From Candidatus Obscuribacterales bacterium (GTDB lineage Bacteria; Cyanobacteriota; Vampirovibrionia; Obscuribacterales; Obscuribacteraceae), in NCBI GenBank assembly GCA_965228855.1, contig CBDDIJ010000004.1:118138-182137 (forward strand): 64,000 nucleotides of DNA, written 5' to 3'. The translations under genes were made by a program, and so were the position numbers. Of this stretch, positions 18,503 through 29,816 are shown piece after piece. The notes below the pieces were generated by a model, which was not told the DNA's origin, ran no database searches, and was given only the letters and a program-made list of their open reading frames with translations. Within the stretch, counting starts at the first letter, position 1; each line of letters begins with the position of its first letter.

Positions 18503-19919
18503 TCACGGGGCGCTGGGCTTGTCGTTGTCTAGGTACCGCTTGCTGCCGGGTGGCCGTGCTCGGTTGTCACCCTTGCGGTGTCGGTAGGGCCGATAGTTTC
18601 CGACTTTTGTTCGAGACGCGTATTTCCCGTCCGCAAAACCCGCCGGAGGTGAAGCTGCTTCCGGTGTGGAGGCCAAAGACTCAGGCTCCGCGTCGTCTTC
18701 AGTCTCGCGCTCAACGCACGGCACATCCCCGCCGTCGACTCTCTCTTGGCCAACGACGTTCCGCCGACGTGCGGCAACTAGGTCTGCAGCCACCCGGACG
18801 GGATCATCCTCGTTGTGGATGTAGCGCATGAACATCGCGACGGTCTTGTGTGCGGTCAATGTCATACCGACCTTCAGCGGAATACCGGAATTTGCAATAT
18901 CGGTCGCGGCGCGATGTCTAATGCCATGCGTGCCTACGTGCGGTACTCCAGCCCGTTCCAGGATACGCCGCCATCCGTGATGATAGGTATTGTCCGTCAT
19001 CCGCTTTAAGGGATCGAAGATTGAAGGACAGACAAATGGTGAGTCCTCCAAGCGTGGCGCCATCTTCAACAGTCGATGCGCCTCGTCGCTGAGCGGCTTG
19101 GTCATACCGCCCGTCTTGCTGTCCGGCCACGTCACGCGCCGCTGCTCGAGATCAATCCATTTCCACTCAAGCGTGAGCACCTCGGACATGCGAGCTGCGA
19201 GCTCGAACTGGAGTCGGATCGCCAAGGTGATGAAGGGGTGCTCCAGGCCATCTCGGTCCGCTTCATCGAGGTACGCGTAAAGCTTGCGCATCTCATCGTC
19301 GGTGATGAAACGGGTCGATCCCTTCTCTGGGATACTTTTGAACATGCCGGCAGGGGTTGGAGGCGTCCGGGCGATGCCCCCAGACCTCCGCGAGGTTGAA
19401 CATCTTGCGAAGGCAGGCTAGCGTCCTATTCGCGATGATTGGGCGATCGGCCATGGCGGTCATCAGGGCCGATATGTCCGCGCGTGTGACATCGGGTACC
19501 TTCATGCGGCCGAGCCGTGGCAGGACGTGGTTCTTTATGTTGTTCTCATTTGACTCGACGGTGCTCGGTTTGTTGTGAAGCTTCGAATAGTCGCTGATGA
19601 AGCGCTCGCAGAGCTGCTTCACCGTTGGGGCGGCGCGTGCAGCCGATTTCTCCCCACCCGGGTCTCTTCCTTGGCGGACTTCCGCAAGCCAATCCTGTGC
19701 GATCTTGCGAGCGATCTCGACGGTAAGCTCACCGAAGCGACCGATCGCGGGTTTGCGACGGACACCCGCGTTGGTTTGGTACTGAAGCATGAAGATCTTG
19801 CGACCGGCGGGTGTGACCTTGAGGAGGAAGCCCGGTACGGTGGTGTCACGGAGTTCGTACTCCCGCGCTTTCGGGGTCGCGGCGTCAACCGCGGTCTTTG
19901 TCAGTTTGAGTCTGGCCAT
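18503..19919 (-). pseudogene. int: Tyrosine integrase with arm-binding N-domain, split by a 1-nt insertion near 19330
   Basis: ARMSEV, DSKT, HGIRH, AHKT, RY catalytic residues; removing one base joins KYP/EKGSTRF; may be a sequencing error. Confidence 0.85.
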
Positions 19920-20120
19920 CTTTCGTCTCCGGGCGCCAAAAGGCTAGGAGCCGAATAGGGGCATCGAGGCTCCCGGCTCCCGGTTACTGCCGCGTGCCAG
20001 GGAGAACCTCGAATGGCCGATGACACAAGCTAAGTGTTTGCATCATCGTACTGTTTCGGGGTATTACCTACAAACGGCGGAAACGAGCATAGCCGCAATG
20101 GCGCGGCTCAAAATCCGGTT
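19891..20120. repeat. Integrase 5' end plus att arm, copy 2
   Basis: Homologous to 1-229. Confidence 0.9.
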
Positions 20121-20159
20121 CCGAAAGGAGTGTCGGTTCGACCCCGACCACCCGCACCA
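20108..20159 (+). repeat. attR: 3' half of tRNA-Leu(CAA)
   Basis: 50/52 identical to 398-449 (differences at 20117 and 20142); ends in CCA; 5' half absent. Confidence 0.92.
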
Positions 20160-20243
20160 CTCATTCCATTTCCATGCGTGTCGTCAGTTCGAGGCAGGCC
20201 CGGTTCTGTTTTTTGCGGACAGTTCACCGGACCGATATGTCCG

Positions 20244-22274
20244 CTATGCGCCTGGCTGCGTGCCTGGCCCGTTCCCCGGCAGGCCGATGCGGATGGTCGC
20301 GCCTGTTCGACGGCCTGCGCAGGACGTAAGCCGCCAGTCATTGGCCTCGGCGATTTCCTTGACGACCGAAAGGCCGAGCCCGGTTCCATCCGCCGCGTCG
20401 CGGTCGCGCTCCAGCCGCTGGTTGCGTGGCAGCGCCTCCTCGAAAGCCGCACCGCTCAGGCCCGGTCCGGTGTCGTGGACCTCGATGCGTCGTCCGGCGC
20501 CGTGACGGCGCAACCCGATGACGATCCGCCCTTGCCGGGTGTATTTTATCGCATTGGAGACGAGATTGGCGACGACGCGCATCAGCGGATAGGCGGCCAC
20601 CTCGCTATCCGGTGCGGCAAGCACCAGGCGCAGCGAGAGGCCCTTGGCGGCAGCCTCGGCGGCGAACATGTCGGTGATGCCCCGCAGCACGTCGTGGATT
20701 CCGGGCTCGGCCTTGCGTTCGCTCATGGCCGGATCGACGTCGGTATCGACGTTCTGGCCACTGGAAGCGGGGGCATCCGGCTTGTCCGTCGCGGGATCGT
20801 CCGCCAGCCGCTCTGCGACAAGTCTTTCCATGTAGGCCAGCGCCGCTTCGACCTGTCCCACATCCGCCGACCTGTCGGCCTGCGGATCGAGCATCTGGCG
20901 CAGCGACAGCCGCAGCGCATGCATCGGCTGGCGCAGGTCATGGACGGTGTCCTTGACGCTTTCCTCGCGCTGGCGCGCGCTCATGTTCGCCTGCTCATAA
21001 CGCTCTTCCAGCAGCCCCAGCCTCTGGCTGAGGGTCAGGTTCCGCTGGGCTTGAGCCAGGGTCTCTTCCATCGCCGACTGGCGCAAATGGTTGTAACGAT
21101 CGAAAATCGCCAGGCCCATCATCAGAGCGTCGACGACAAGCGCCAGCCGGGTCGCGTCATACGTCGTGATGAATGTCGGCTCGATGCCGAAAGCGTACCG
21201 CGCCGTGAACAGGCAGGCCGGAATGAGGCTCGCAACCCAGGCGAAGACGTAGAAGCGGACCTCGCGGAAACGCGTGCGCGCGGCGATGAGCGCCGCGGTC
21301 AGGAAGGTCAGCACGCTGACCGAGATCATCAGCACGAGCAGCCGCTTGAGAAGCTGCGGATCGGTGGCCCACAGGACGGCGTCGATCGCCAGCACGCAGC
21401 CGATGACTGCCAGCAGCACGCGATGCATGACCGGATGAAAGCGCGCAGTCTGCAGGAAGGTGATGGCGAACAGTCCGCCGAACACCATCACGCCGGACCC
21501 TGCCACGACCGAAGCCATGGAGTTGAAGCGCGGGAAATCGGGCCAGATGTACTGGAACGCCGTCCCGTCGGCATGCGCGACGTAGATGAATACCGAAGAG
21601 AGATAGGCGGCGTAGGCGGCGAAGACAGGCTGGCGGAGAACCGCCAGGGCCACGAGCGCAAGCGCGATCATGACCAGCATCATTCCGTAGAAGGCGTAAT
21701 TCTTCGCCTCGTTTATCCGGGCCTTCCCGGCGAAACTGTCGGGTGTCTCGATCGACATCGAGAGCCGCGACGAGCCCTGCGAATAATATGCGACGACGAG
21801 CGTCGCCGCCTCGCCAGGCTTCAGTTCGAAGGGCGCGACCATTTGCGGGTTGTTGACCGGCCGGGCTTCGAAGGGGGTGTCTTCGGTGAGGTCGAGGAGC
21901 GTCGCGACGGATCCATCGGAGCCTATCTTGTAGATCGCGATCTGCTGGGTGAAGTTGGCGTGAACGAAGAAACGCCACGACCCGACGTCGGCGGTTCCGT
22001 TCACGACAGGCAGGCGCAGCCAGATCCGCGCCGAAGTGTATCCGAAGTCGGGCATCGGTCCCGGCAGGGGCCGGGTCTCGATTTCGGAAGGACCGGCGAA
22101 GTCGGTCACCTCCAATTGCCAATCCGGGTCAGTCGTGTAATCAAAGTGCCGGCTTAGAGCCTCGATATCCGCGGGACCAGTCAGGACCAGCGGCTCTTGC
22201 TCGGCAGCCCAAACTGGCGCGGTGGGGAGCGTCATGAGCAGGACCAAGGTCAGCCGGGCAAAGCTGAGCAGCAC
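20244..22274 (-). CDS. Sensor histidine kinase with 7TMR-DISM sensor
   Basis: Signal peptide, DFGYTSARIWLRL, 7 TM, VHDLRQP H-box, NLVSNAIKY, DTGPG, GTGLGL; start approximate. Confidence 0.88.
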   Translation of the reverse strand: MLLSFARLTLVLLMTLPTAPVWAAEQEPLVLTGPADIEALSRHFDYTTDPDWQLEVTDFAGPSEIETRPLPGPMPDFGYTSARIWLRLPVVNGTADVGSWRFFVHANFTQQIAIYKIGSDGSVATLLDLTEDTPFEARPVNNPQMVAPFELKPGEAATLVVAYYSQGSSRLSMSIETPDSFAGKARINEAKNYAFYGMMLVMIALALVALAVLRQPVFAAYAAYLSSVFIYVAHADGTAFQYIWPDFPRFNSMASVVAGSGVMVFGGLFAITFLQTARFHPVMHRVLLAVIGCVLAIDAVLWATDPQLLKRLLVLMISVSVLTFLTAALIAARTRFREVRFYVFAWVASLIPACLFTARYAFGIEPTFITTYDATRLALVVDALMMGLAIFDRYNHLRQSAMEETLAQAQRNLTLSQRLGLLEERYEQANMSARQREESVKDTVHDLRQPMHALRLSLRQMLDPQADRSADVGQVEAALAYMERLVAERLADDPATDKPDAPASSGQNVDTDVDPAMSERKAEPGIHDVLRGITDMFAAEAAAKGLSLRLVLAAPDSEVAAYPLMRVVANLVSNAIKYTRQGRIVIGLRRHGAGRRIEVHDTGPGLSGAAFEEALPRNQRLERDRDAADGTGLGLSVVKEIAEANDWRLTSCAGRRTGATIRIGLPGNGPGTQPGA

Positions 22275-22304
22275 TTCGTGCGCCCGCCAGCAGGGTGTCC
22301 TCCG

Positions 22305-22934
22305 TTGAGAAAGAGGGTTCTGATCGCCGACGATCATGCCTTCGTCTCCTGGGGGCTCGCCAGGGCACTCTCGGTTTTGGAAGACGTCGACATAATCGGT
22401 TCCGTCGCGAACGGCATCGAAGCGATTGTTGAAATCCGAAAAGCAAGGCCTGACTGCGCAATCCTCGATTACAATATGCCGGGCGCAAACGGACTGGAAG
22501 TCTTCCTGGAATCGAAACGCTGGTCGCCCGGCACACGTTTCGTCGTTGTCACCGGCACGGCGCTGCCCGAGACGCTCCACACGCTCGTCGAGGCAGGAAT
22601 CCACGGCCTGTGCCTGAAAGACGGAACCGAAACGGAGATCGTCGACCTCGTCCGCCAGGTCTGCGCCGGGAAGACGGTGATCAGCGCCGGCGCTCGGCTG
22701 CTGATGAAGATGCCTGCGGAAAGCGTCGCCATCACCGACCGGGAACTGGCCGTCCTCCAGGCGATCGCGCGTGGCCATACCAACGCGAGTGCGGCGGACA
22801 GCCTCGGCATCAGCCCGAAGACCGTCGACACCCACCGCACCAGCCTGATGCGGAAGTTCGCCGTGAACTCGACCGCAAGCCTTCTGCTGGCCGCCGTCCG
22901 GGCCGGGCTTCTGGATCCGGCCAGTATCCGCTGA
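22305..22934 (+). CDS. NarL/LuxR-family response regulator
   Basis: VLIADDH, ILDYNMP, ITDRE...ISPKTVDTHR; TTG start inferred. Confidence 0.9.
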   Translation: MRKRVLIADDHAFVSWGLARALSVLEDVDIIGSVANGIEAIVEIRKARPDCAILDYNMPGANGLEVFLESKRWSPGTRFVVVTGTALPETLHTLVEAGIHGLCLKDGTETEIVDLVRQVCAGKTVISAGARLLMKMPAESVAITDRELAVLQAIARGHTNASAADSLGISPKTVDTHRTSLMRKFAVNSTASLLLAAVRAGLLDPASIR

Positions 22935-23078
22935 GAACCGGCCCATTCTTCTGCAACGCGTAACGCTGCGTCAATTCAGGTGATCGCCTGATGGTTCGCT
23001 CCGCCTCTTTTCGGTGAACTGCCAACGTCGAAAGCACCCCGCAGGGGGTCCGGCAAGGCACAGACCGAGGGGGGCGAC

Positions 23079-23687
23079 ATGGAATACCTGGCTTATGGTC
23101 CTTATTTCGTGGCTTTGGTGGCATATGCTGCGTCACCCGGCCCCCTCATGGCCGTCCTTGTGGCGCGGTCGCTGGGCAACGATGGGAAAGGCGCCACCGC
23201 CTTCGCTGCCGGCCTTTGCCTCGGCGAAGTGATCGCCGTCATCTGCGTCATGCTGGGGATCGGCATCTGGGCCCAGACGAGGCCCGAGTTGCTGGCTCTC
23301 GCCAAATATGCCGGTGTCGCCTACCTCCTGTGGCTGGCGATCAAGATGTGGACCGCCAGTCACGGCGTTGCTTCCACGCAGCTGCGCAAGTCAGGCTTGC
23401 TGACCTCCGCCTGTGCCGGCGTGGCGCTCTGCCTCGGCAATCCGGCAACCTTGCTCATGCAGATGCTCTTGCTGCCGATCGCCGCCCCGAATGGCATCGT
23501 CAGCCTTGAACAGATGGGTCTGGTGGTCCTTGTGACGTTCGTTGCGTTCGGCATCGTATTCTTCGGCACGATCCCGCTTGCCCGGCAGTTCAACCGCATC
23601 ATCACGTCGCCGCGCGCTTCCGGCAAGATGAACCGAATGACCGCCGCGGTGGTGGCGGGAACCTCGGTCTGGATATTGGCGTCCTGA
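23079..23687 (+). CDS. LysE-family exporter
   Basis: SPGP, GVAYLLWLA, LGNP motifs. Confidence 0.9.
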   Translation: MEYLAYGPYFVALVAYAASPGPLMAVLVARSLGNDGKGATAFAAGLCLGEVIAVICVMLGIGIWAQTRPELLALAKYAGVAYLLWLAIKMWTASHGVASTQLRKSGLLTSACAGVALCLGNPATLLMQMLLLPIAAPNGIVSLEQMGLVVLVTFVAFGIVFFGTIPLARQFNRIITSPRASGKMNRMTAAVVAGTSVWILAS

Positions 23688-23769
23688 GCACGGCAACGAC
23701 TCCGCCAGACGTTGACTCGCTTGTGCGAGATTGTTAAATAGCCATTCAGCAATATAGCTGGATGGAAAT

Positions 23770-24138
23770 ATGAATACGCTAGCAGGGACACAACTGGATC
23801 TCGTGTTCTCGGCGCTCGCCGACCCGACCCGGCGCGCCATACTCGCCCGGCTGGCCAGGGGCGCGGCAACGGTCAACGAGCTGGTGGCGCCGTTCGGGCT
23901 CAGCCAGCCGACCATCTCGAAACACCTCAAAGTGCTGGAACGCGCCAGCCTGGTGTCGCGCGGCAAGGAAGCGCAGTTCCGGCCGGTGCGGCTCAATGCG
24001 GCGCCGCTCGCCGGCGCGGCGCGATGGCTTGGCGACTACGACAAGTTCTGGAACGACAATCTCGATCAGCTGGGCGCCTACGCCCGCGAACTTCAGCAGA
24101 AGGAACTGGACGGTGGCAGCAGCACAGAAGATCAATGA
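23770..24138 (+). CDS. ArsR-family regulator
   Basis: FSALADPTRRAIL, ISKHLKVLE. Confidence 0.92.
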   Translation: MNTLAGTQLDLVFSALADPTRRAILARLARGAATVNELVAPFGLSQPTISKHLKVLERASLVSRGKEAQFRPVRLNAAPLAGAARWLGDYDKFWNDNLDQLGAYARELQQKELDGGSSTEDQ

Positions 24139-24643
24139 GCCGGTGGCCGAACGCGAGCATACGATCAGCCGGGTGTTCGACGTGCCGGCCCGGTATCTCT
24201 TCGAGGCATACAGCAAACCCGAACATGTCCGGCGCTGGTTGGGCCCCAAGGGCTGGCCGCTCACCGGCTGCGAGATCGATTTCCGCGTCGGCGGACGGTT
24301 CCGCTTCACCATGACCGGACCGGACGGCACCCGGAACCCGCCATTCGGCGGAACCTACCTGGAGATCGTGCCTAATCGCAAGATCGTCTACTCCGTGGCT
24401 TTCGACGATTCCGACGCGTCGGATTTCGTCGCCACCGTCAGTTTCGATGAACAGGCAGGCAAGACCACGCTCACCATCCATGCGCTGTTCTCGTCGGCGG
24501 CGCTGATGAAGGAGGCCATGGGCACAGGCGCTCCCTACCGACCGGGGGACTTCCATCACGGCGAGGAAGGCTATCAGCATGGCACCGAGTCCGCGCTGCA
24601 CCATCTTGCCGAACTGGTCGCGGAGTTGCAGGCGAGAGCCTAA
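24113..24643 (+). CDS. SRPBCC (AHSA1-like) domain protein
   Basis: ISRVFDVP, DFRVGGRFRF, YLEIVPNRKIVY. Confidence 0.88.
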   Translation: MAAAQKINEPVAEREHTISRVFDVPARYLFEAYSKPEHVRRWLGPKGWPLTGCEIDFRVGGRFRFTMTGPDGTRNPPFGGTYLEIVPNRKIVYSVAFDDSDASDFVATVSFDEQAGKTTLTIHALFSSAALMKEAMGTGAPYRPGDFHHGEEGYQHGTESALHHLAELVAELQARA

Positions 24644-24668
24644 CGCCTGTCGTCACCCGCACGGATCG

Positions 24669-24700
24669 AAAGCGGAGCGCGTCGCGCTCCGCTTTTTCTT
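24669..24700 (+). terminator. Intrinsic terminator
   Basis: AAAGCGGAGCGC-GTC-GCGCTCCGCTTT followed by a T-tract. Confidence 0.85.
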
Positions 24701-24744
24701 TTGCCGGTGGGCAACGGTCGGAGATGCTTCACGTGTGAATTAAC

Positions 24745-24809
24745 TTGACAGACAGCCGAGACGATTCCAGTCTGTCTATAGACAAAACAACGGTTCAAAT
24801 AATGAACCG
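24745..24809 (+). promoter_or_regulatory. Promoter with two operator dyads
   Basis: TTGACA-17 bp-CAGTCT; TGTCTATAGACA (24773-24784); CGGTTCA-N5-TGAACCG (24791-24809). Confidence 0.7.
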
Positions 24810-24902
24810 AATAACAAACGAGTTGTCCTGACGTTCCGGTCAGGCAGGGGCCCGGGAACTGGAAGTTTCGGCGACATGCCGGGGCTTCACGGAGGAACTG
24901 AA

Positions 24903-26561
24903 ATGCCGCAAGCCGAACTCGTGGTGCGGAACGCGCGCGTCTATACGATGGACCGGGCCAGGCCGTGGGCCTCGGCATTCGCGATCACCGGCGGGCGCGT
25001 CGTGGCGATCGGCGCGGAAGATGCCGTTGCGTCCCTGGTCGGAGACACGACCCGAACCATCGACGCTGGCGGCCGCATGGTGATGCCGGGCATCGTCGAC
25101 GTCCACACCCACATGATGATCGGCGGCATGGCCGAGCTTTTCGAATTGCGCTTCGCTTCGACCTCCAGCTTCGAAGCGCTGCTCCAGCGCGTCGGCGAGG
25201 CGGCGGCGAAGGCAAAGGAAGGCGAGTGGATCATCGGCGGGCAGTGGGGCAGCGACCTGCTGCCGAAGCTCAACACGCTGGAAGCGCTGGCGGCGCTGGA
25301 CAAGGTAAGCCTCGGCCGGCCGGTCATGCTGCGCGACGACACCTATCACAACCGCTGGGTCAATTCGGCGGCGATGAAGATCGCCGGCATCGATAAAAGG
25401 AACGGCGATCCCGACAAGGGCAGCTTCGGCCGCGACCAGCAGACCGGCGCTCTCACCGGAATGATGATCGAGTCGGCGGCCGGCGTCATCGAACGCGCCA
25501 TCGTCCAGTCCGGATATTACGACGACGAGATGGGCCGCGCCGCCATGGCGCGTTCGATCGCGACGTTGAACTCGTTCGGCGTGACCGCGACGCTCGACGC
25601 GGCGGCGATGGAGCCGGTCATCGCCGCGCTGAAGGGGCTCGACGATCGCGGCGAGCTGACCGCCTGGGCAGTCTCGGCGATGCCGGCGGTGGAACCGTCG
25701 TTCCTGTTCGGCATCGCCGGTGACGAACTCATCGCCCTGCGCGGCAAATATCGCAGCGCCCACGCCAGGCCGGATTTCGTCAAGGTGTTCCTCGACGGCG
25801 TGCCCGGCGCGCGCACGGCGGCTTTCCACGAACCCTACACGCCGGACCCGGTGCTCGGCTGCTGCTTCCGCGGCTCGACCATCGTCACCGTGCCGGACCT
25901 CATCCGCTGGCTCGGCAAATGCGAGAAGCTCGGCATCGCGGTGAAGATCCACTGCGCCGGCGACGCCGCGGTCACCCAGGCGCTCGACGCCATCGACGTG
26001 GTGCGCTCGTTCAACGGGCCGACCAACCTCATCCACCACATCGCCCACGCCAGCTACATCGCGCCGGACGACATCAGGCGTTTCGCCGAGCTCGGCGTCG
26101 CTGCCGACCTGTCGCCGTTCCTGTGGTATCCGACGAGCTTCCTCGAAGGCCACAAGCAGACGATGGGCGAGGAAAGGGCGCAGCGTTTCTGGCCGAACAG
26201 GGACCTGCTCGAATCCGGCGCGCTGCTGGCCGGCGGATCGGACTGGCCGGTCATGCCCAATCCCGATCCCTGGAACGGCATGGAAGGCCTGGTGACCCGC
26301 CGCAACCCGGGCGGCGAGTTCCCCGGCGCCGCGCTGTGGCCGGAGCAGGCGCTGTCGATCGAGACAGCGCTGGAGATATTCACCATCAACTCGGCCCGCG
26401 CCATCGGCCTCGGCGACACGGTCGGCTCGCTGGAGCCGGGCAAATCCGCCGATTTCATCGTGCTCGACCGCAACGTGCTGGAAATCCCGTCCGACGAGAT
26501 CGCCGACGTGAAGGTGTTGCAGACCTTCTTCGAAGGCCGCCTGGTCTACGAGCGGACCTGA
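24903..26561 (+). CDS. Amidohydrolase (Amidohydro_3/YtcJ-like)
   Basis: PGIVDVHTH, KVFLDG, IHCAGD, AHAS, GSDWP, GKSADF. Confidence 0.92.
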   Translation: MPQAELVVRNARVYTMDRARPWASAFAITGGRVVAIGAEDAVASLVGDTTRTIDAGGRMVMPGIVDVHTHMMIGGMAELFELRFASTSSFEALLQRVGEAAAKAKEGEWIIGGQWGSDLLPKLNTLEALAALDKVSLGRPVMLRDDTYHNRWVNSAAMKIAGIDKRNGDPDKGSFGRDQQTGALTGMMIESAAGVIERAIVQSGYYDDEMGRAAMARSIATLNSFGVTATLDAAAMEPVIAALKGLDDRGELTAWAVSAMPAVEPSFLFGIAGDELIALRGKYRSAHARPDFVKVFLDGVPGARTAAFHEPYTPDPVLGCCFRGSTIVTVPDLIRWLGKCEKLGIAVKIHCAGDAAVTQALDAIDVVRSFNGPTNLIHHIAHASYIAPDDIRRFAELGVAADLSPFLWYPTSFLEGHKQTMGEERAQRFWPNRDLLESGALLAGGSDWPVMPNPDPWNGMEGLVTRRNPGGEFPGAALWPEQALSIETALEIFTINSARAIGLGDTVGSLEPGKSADFIVLDRNVLEIPSDEIADVKVLQTFFEGRLVYERT

Positions 26562-26566
26562 CCCGC

Positions 26567-27673
<1,107 letters not shown>

Positions 27674-27710
27674 ACCCGAGACGAACGTCTCGCCCAAGGG
27701 AGGTAGAGAA

Positions 27711-28898
27711 ATGCAGTTGAAATCCAGCCTGATACTGGCTTCGGCGCTGGCCGGGCTTGGCATGGCGGCGGCCACCGGTACGGCTTCGGCCGCCGGTCCG
27801 ACCTGTGCCGACGGCACCATCAAGATCGGCGCGGTGTCCACCATCACCGGACCGGCGGACTTCTCCGAAGTGCCCAAGGCGACGCAGGCCGCCTTCGACG
27901 CGCTGAACGCGGCCGGCGGCATCAACGGCTGCAAGATCGAATACACCATCGCTGACGACAAGGCCGATCCGGCCGTCGCCGCCCAGGCGGCGCGCGACCT
28001 GATCGACAACAAGGAAGTGGTGGCGCTGGTCGGCTCGGCGTCGCTGCTCGACTGCGCCGTCAACGCCGCGACCTACGACCGCAAGGGCGTGCTATCGGTG
28101 CAGGGTCTCGGCGTCGACGCCGCCTGCTTCGCGTCGCCGAGCGTCGCGCCGGTCAATGTCGGCCCCTACACGCTGTCGACCGCCGTCGCCTACTACGCCA
28201 CCAACACGCTGAAGACGCAGAAGCTCTGCGCATTCTTCATCATCATCGGTGGAACCCAGGAGGCCTACAAGGCCGGCATCGAGAACTGGGAGAAGCTGAC
28301 CGGCCAGAAGGTCCATCTGCTCGATCTCACCCTGCCGTTCCAGGGCGACCTCACGCCTTACGTCATCAAGGCGCGCGATGCCGGCTGCGATGCCGTGCTG
28401 ACCAACCAGGTCGAGCCGCAGGTGGTGCAGCTCATCAACACCGTCGACGCACAGAAGATCACCGGCATCAACTGGCTCTTCCTTGCCCCGGGCTACACCG
28501 AGCAGGTGGCCAAGGCCCTGGCCGCCAGCGAGCAGCCGATCTACGTCGGCACCGAATGGGAGCCCTACACCGAGCAGGGGTCCGAGGCGAACAAGCAGTG
28601 GATCGCCGACATGACCGCCGCAGGCCGCCCGCTGACCGCCTTCTCGCAGGGCGGTTATCTCGCCGCGCAGGTGTTCATCGACGTGCTCAAAGGCATCGAG
28701 GGCGAGGTGACGCGCGAAAGCGTGACCGCCGCGCTGCACGCGATGAAGCCGATCAGCAATCCGCTTGCCGGTTCACCCTATGTGTTCGGCGAAGGTGCCA
28801 GCCACTCGCCGATGCAGGCCACCAAGATGATGAAGCTGGAAAAAGGCGCCTGGGCGGTCCAGACGCCCGAGTGGCTGGTTCTTCCGGCTGCGCAGTGA
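27711..28898 (+). CDS. ABC substrate-binding protein (LIV/Peripla_BP_6 type)
   Basis: Signal peptide, TIKIG, NAAGGING. Confidence 0.9.
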   Translation: MQLKSSLILASALAGLGMAAATGTASAAGPTCADGTIKIGAVSTITGPADFSEVPKATQAAFDALNAAGGINGCKIEYTIADDKADPAVAAQAARDLIDNKEVVALVGSASLLDCAVNAATYDRKGVLSVQGLGVDAACFASPSVAPVNVGPYTLSTAVAYYATNTLKTQKLCAFFIIIGGTQEAYKAGIENWEKLTGQKVHLLDLTLPFQGDLTPYVIKARDAGCDAVLTNQVEPQVVQLINTVDAQKITGINWLFLAPGYTEQVAKALAASEQPIYVGTEWEPYTEQGSEANKQWIADMTAAGRPLTAFSQGGYLAAQVFIDVLKGIEGEVTRESVTAALHAMKPISNPLAGSPYVFGEGASHSPMQATKMMKLEKGAWAVQTPEWLVLPAAQ

Positions 28899-28906
28899 TG
28901 TAAATC

Positions 28907-28932
28907 TGGCGGCGGGAGCGATCCCGCCGCCA
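28907..28932 (+). other. Intercistronic stem-loop after the binding-protein gene
   Basis: TGGCGGCGGGA-GCGA-TCCCGCCGCCA. Confidence 0.65.
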
Positions 28933-28946
28933 TTTCCGGAGCGTCC

Positions 28947-29816
28947 ATGAACTCACTTCTGTCATCCGCGGTGGCCGGGCTGACCGCCGGCGGCGCCTAC
29001 GCGCTGCTCGGCGTCTGCGCCATCTTCACCTACCGCCTCGTCGCGGTGGTCAACTTCACCGGCGCTGCGATCGGCACCAGCGGCACCTTCGCGCTGATCG
29101 CGCTTTACGAAGCGGGTTTCGCGCTCTGGCCGGCGGTGGCGATCGGCATCGCCGTCGGCACGCTGGTCGGCATAGCGGTGGGTTTCATCATGACCACCTG
29201 GTTCGCCGATTCCAGCGCGTCGACGAAAGCCGCGGTCACCGTCGCGATGCTGGTCGGCATGATCGCCATCGGGCTGCGGCTCACCGGCGGCCAGCACCCG
29301 CATGTCATGCCGGAGCTGTTTCCGGGCTCGGCGTTCAGGCTCGCCGGCGTCGAAGTGACGATCGCCGCGGTGCTGACGATCGGGCTGGCGGTCGGGTTCA
29401 CCGTGCTCGCCGACTGGTTCCTCAACCGCACCCGCACCGGGCTGCACCTGCGCGCGCTGTCGGAACGACCGATGGCCGCCGAATTGCTGGGCGTCCGGGT
29501 GAAGCTCCTGTCGATCCTGGTCTGGGCGGTCACCGGCACCTTCACCACCTTCGCGCTGATGATCATCGCGCCGCAGCGCTCGCCCAACTTTATGACGCTG
29601 AGCCTGCTGGTCGTGCCGGCGCTCGCCGCGGCGCTGATCGGCCTGTTCCGCTCGTTCCGCGTGGCGCTGGCCGGCGGCATCCTGCTCGGCGTGATCGAAG
29701 GCATGGCGAGCGCCATCGACGGCTTCAGCCAATATCGCAGCGCGATCCCGTTCCTGGTCATCCTCGCTGTCCTGCTGTGGTCGCAACGGGAGGCCCGCTG
29801 GGATGAAGCACGCTAG
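28947..29816 (+). CDS. Branched-chain-type ABC permease
   Basis: VVNF, TRTGLHLRALSE...AELLGV. Confidence 0.9.
   Translation: MNSLLSSAVAGLTAGGAYALLGVCAIFTYRLVAVVNFTGAAIGTSGTFALIALYEAGFALWPAVAIGIAVGTLVGIAVGFIMTTWFADSSASTKAAVTVAMLVGMIAIGLRLTGGQHPHVMPELFPGSAFRLAGVEVTIAAVLTIGLAVGFTVLADWFLNRTRTGLHLRALSERPMAAELLGVRVKLLSILVWAVTGTFTTFALMIIAPQRSPNFMTLSLLVVPALAAALIGLFRSFRVALAGGILLGVIEGMASAIDGFSQYRSAIPFLVILAVLLWSQREARWDEAR

Larger units (their letters stand above)
215..20120. mobile_element. Integrative heavy-metal (Hg/As/Cu) resistance island at tRNA-Leu(CAA)
   Basis: Flanking att repeats, terminal tyrosine integrase, resistance cargo; no conjugation or replication genes seen. Confidence 0.85.

Noticed and set aside
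19325..19345. Programmed frameshift in the integrase
   Set aside because: No convincing slippery heptamer or stimulatory structure; a simple insertion or sequencing error is more parsimonious.
20034..22157. 707-aa plus-strand ORF crossing attR
   Set aside because: Antisense shadow of the kinase; it spans non-coding att and tRNA sequence.
22275..22946. N-terminal 224-aa extension of the histidine kinase ORF (900 aa), overlapping the response regulator
   Set aside because: The extension is the antisense of the regulator gene; the kinase signal peptide begins at about 22274.
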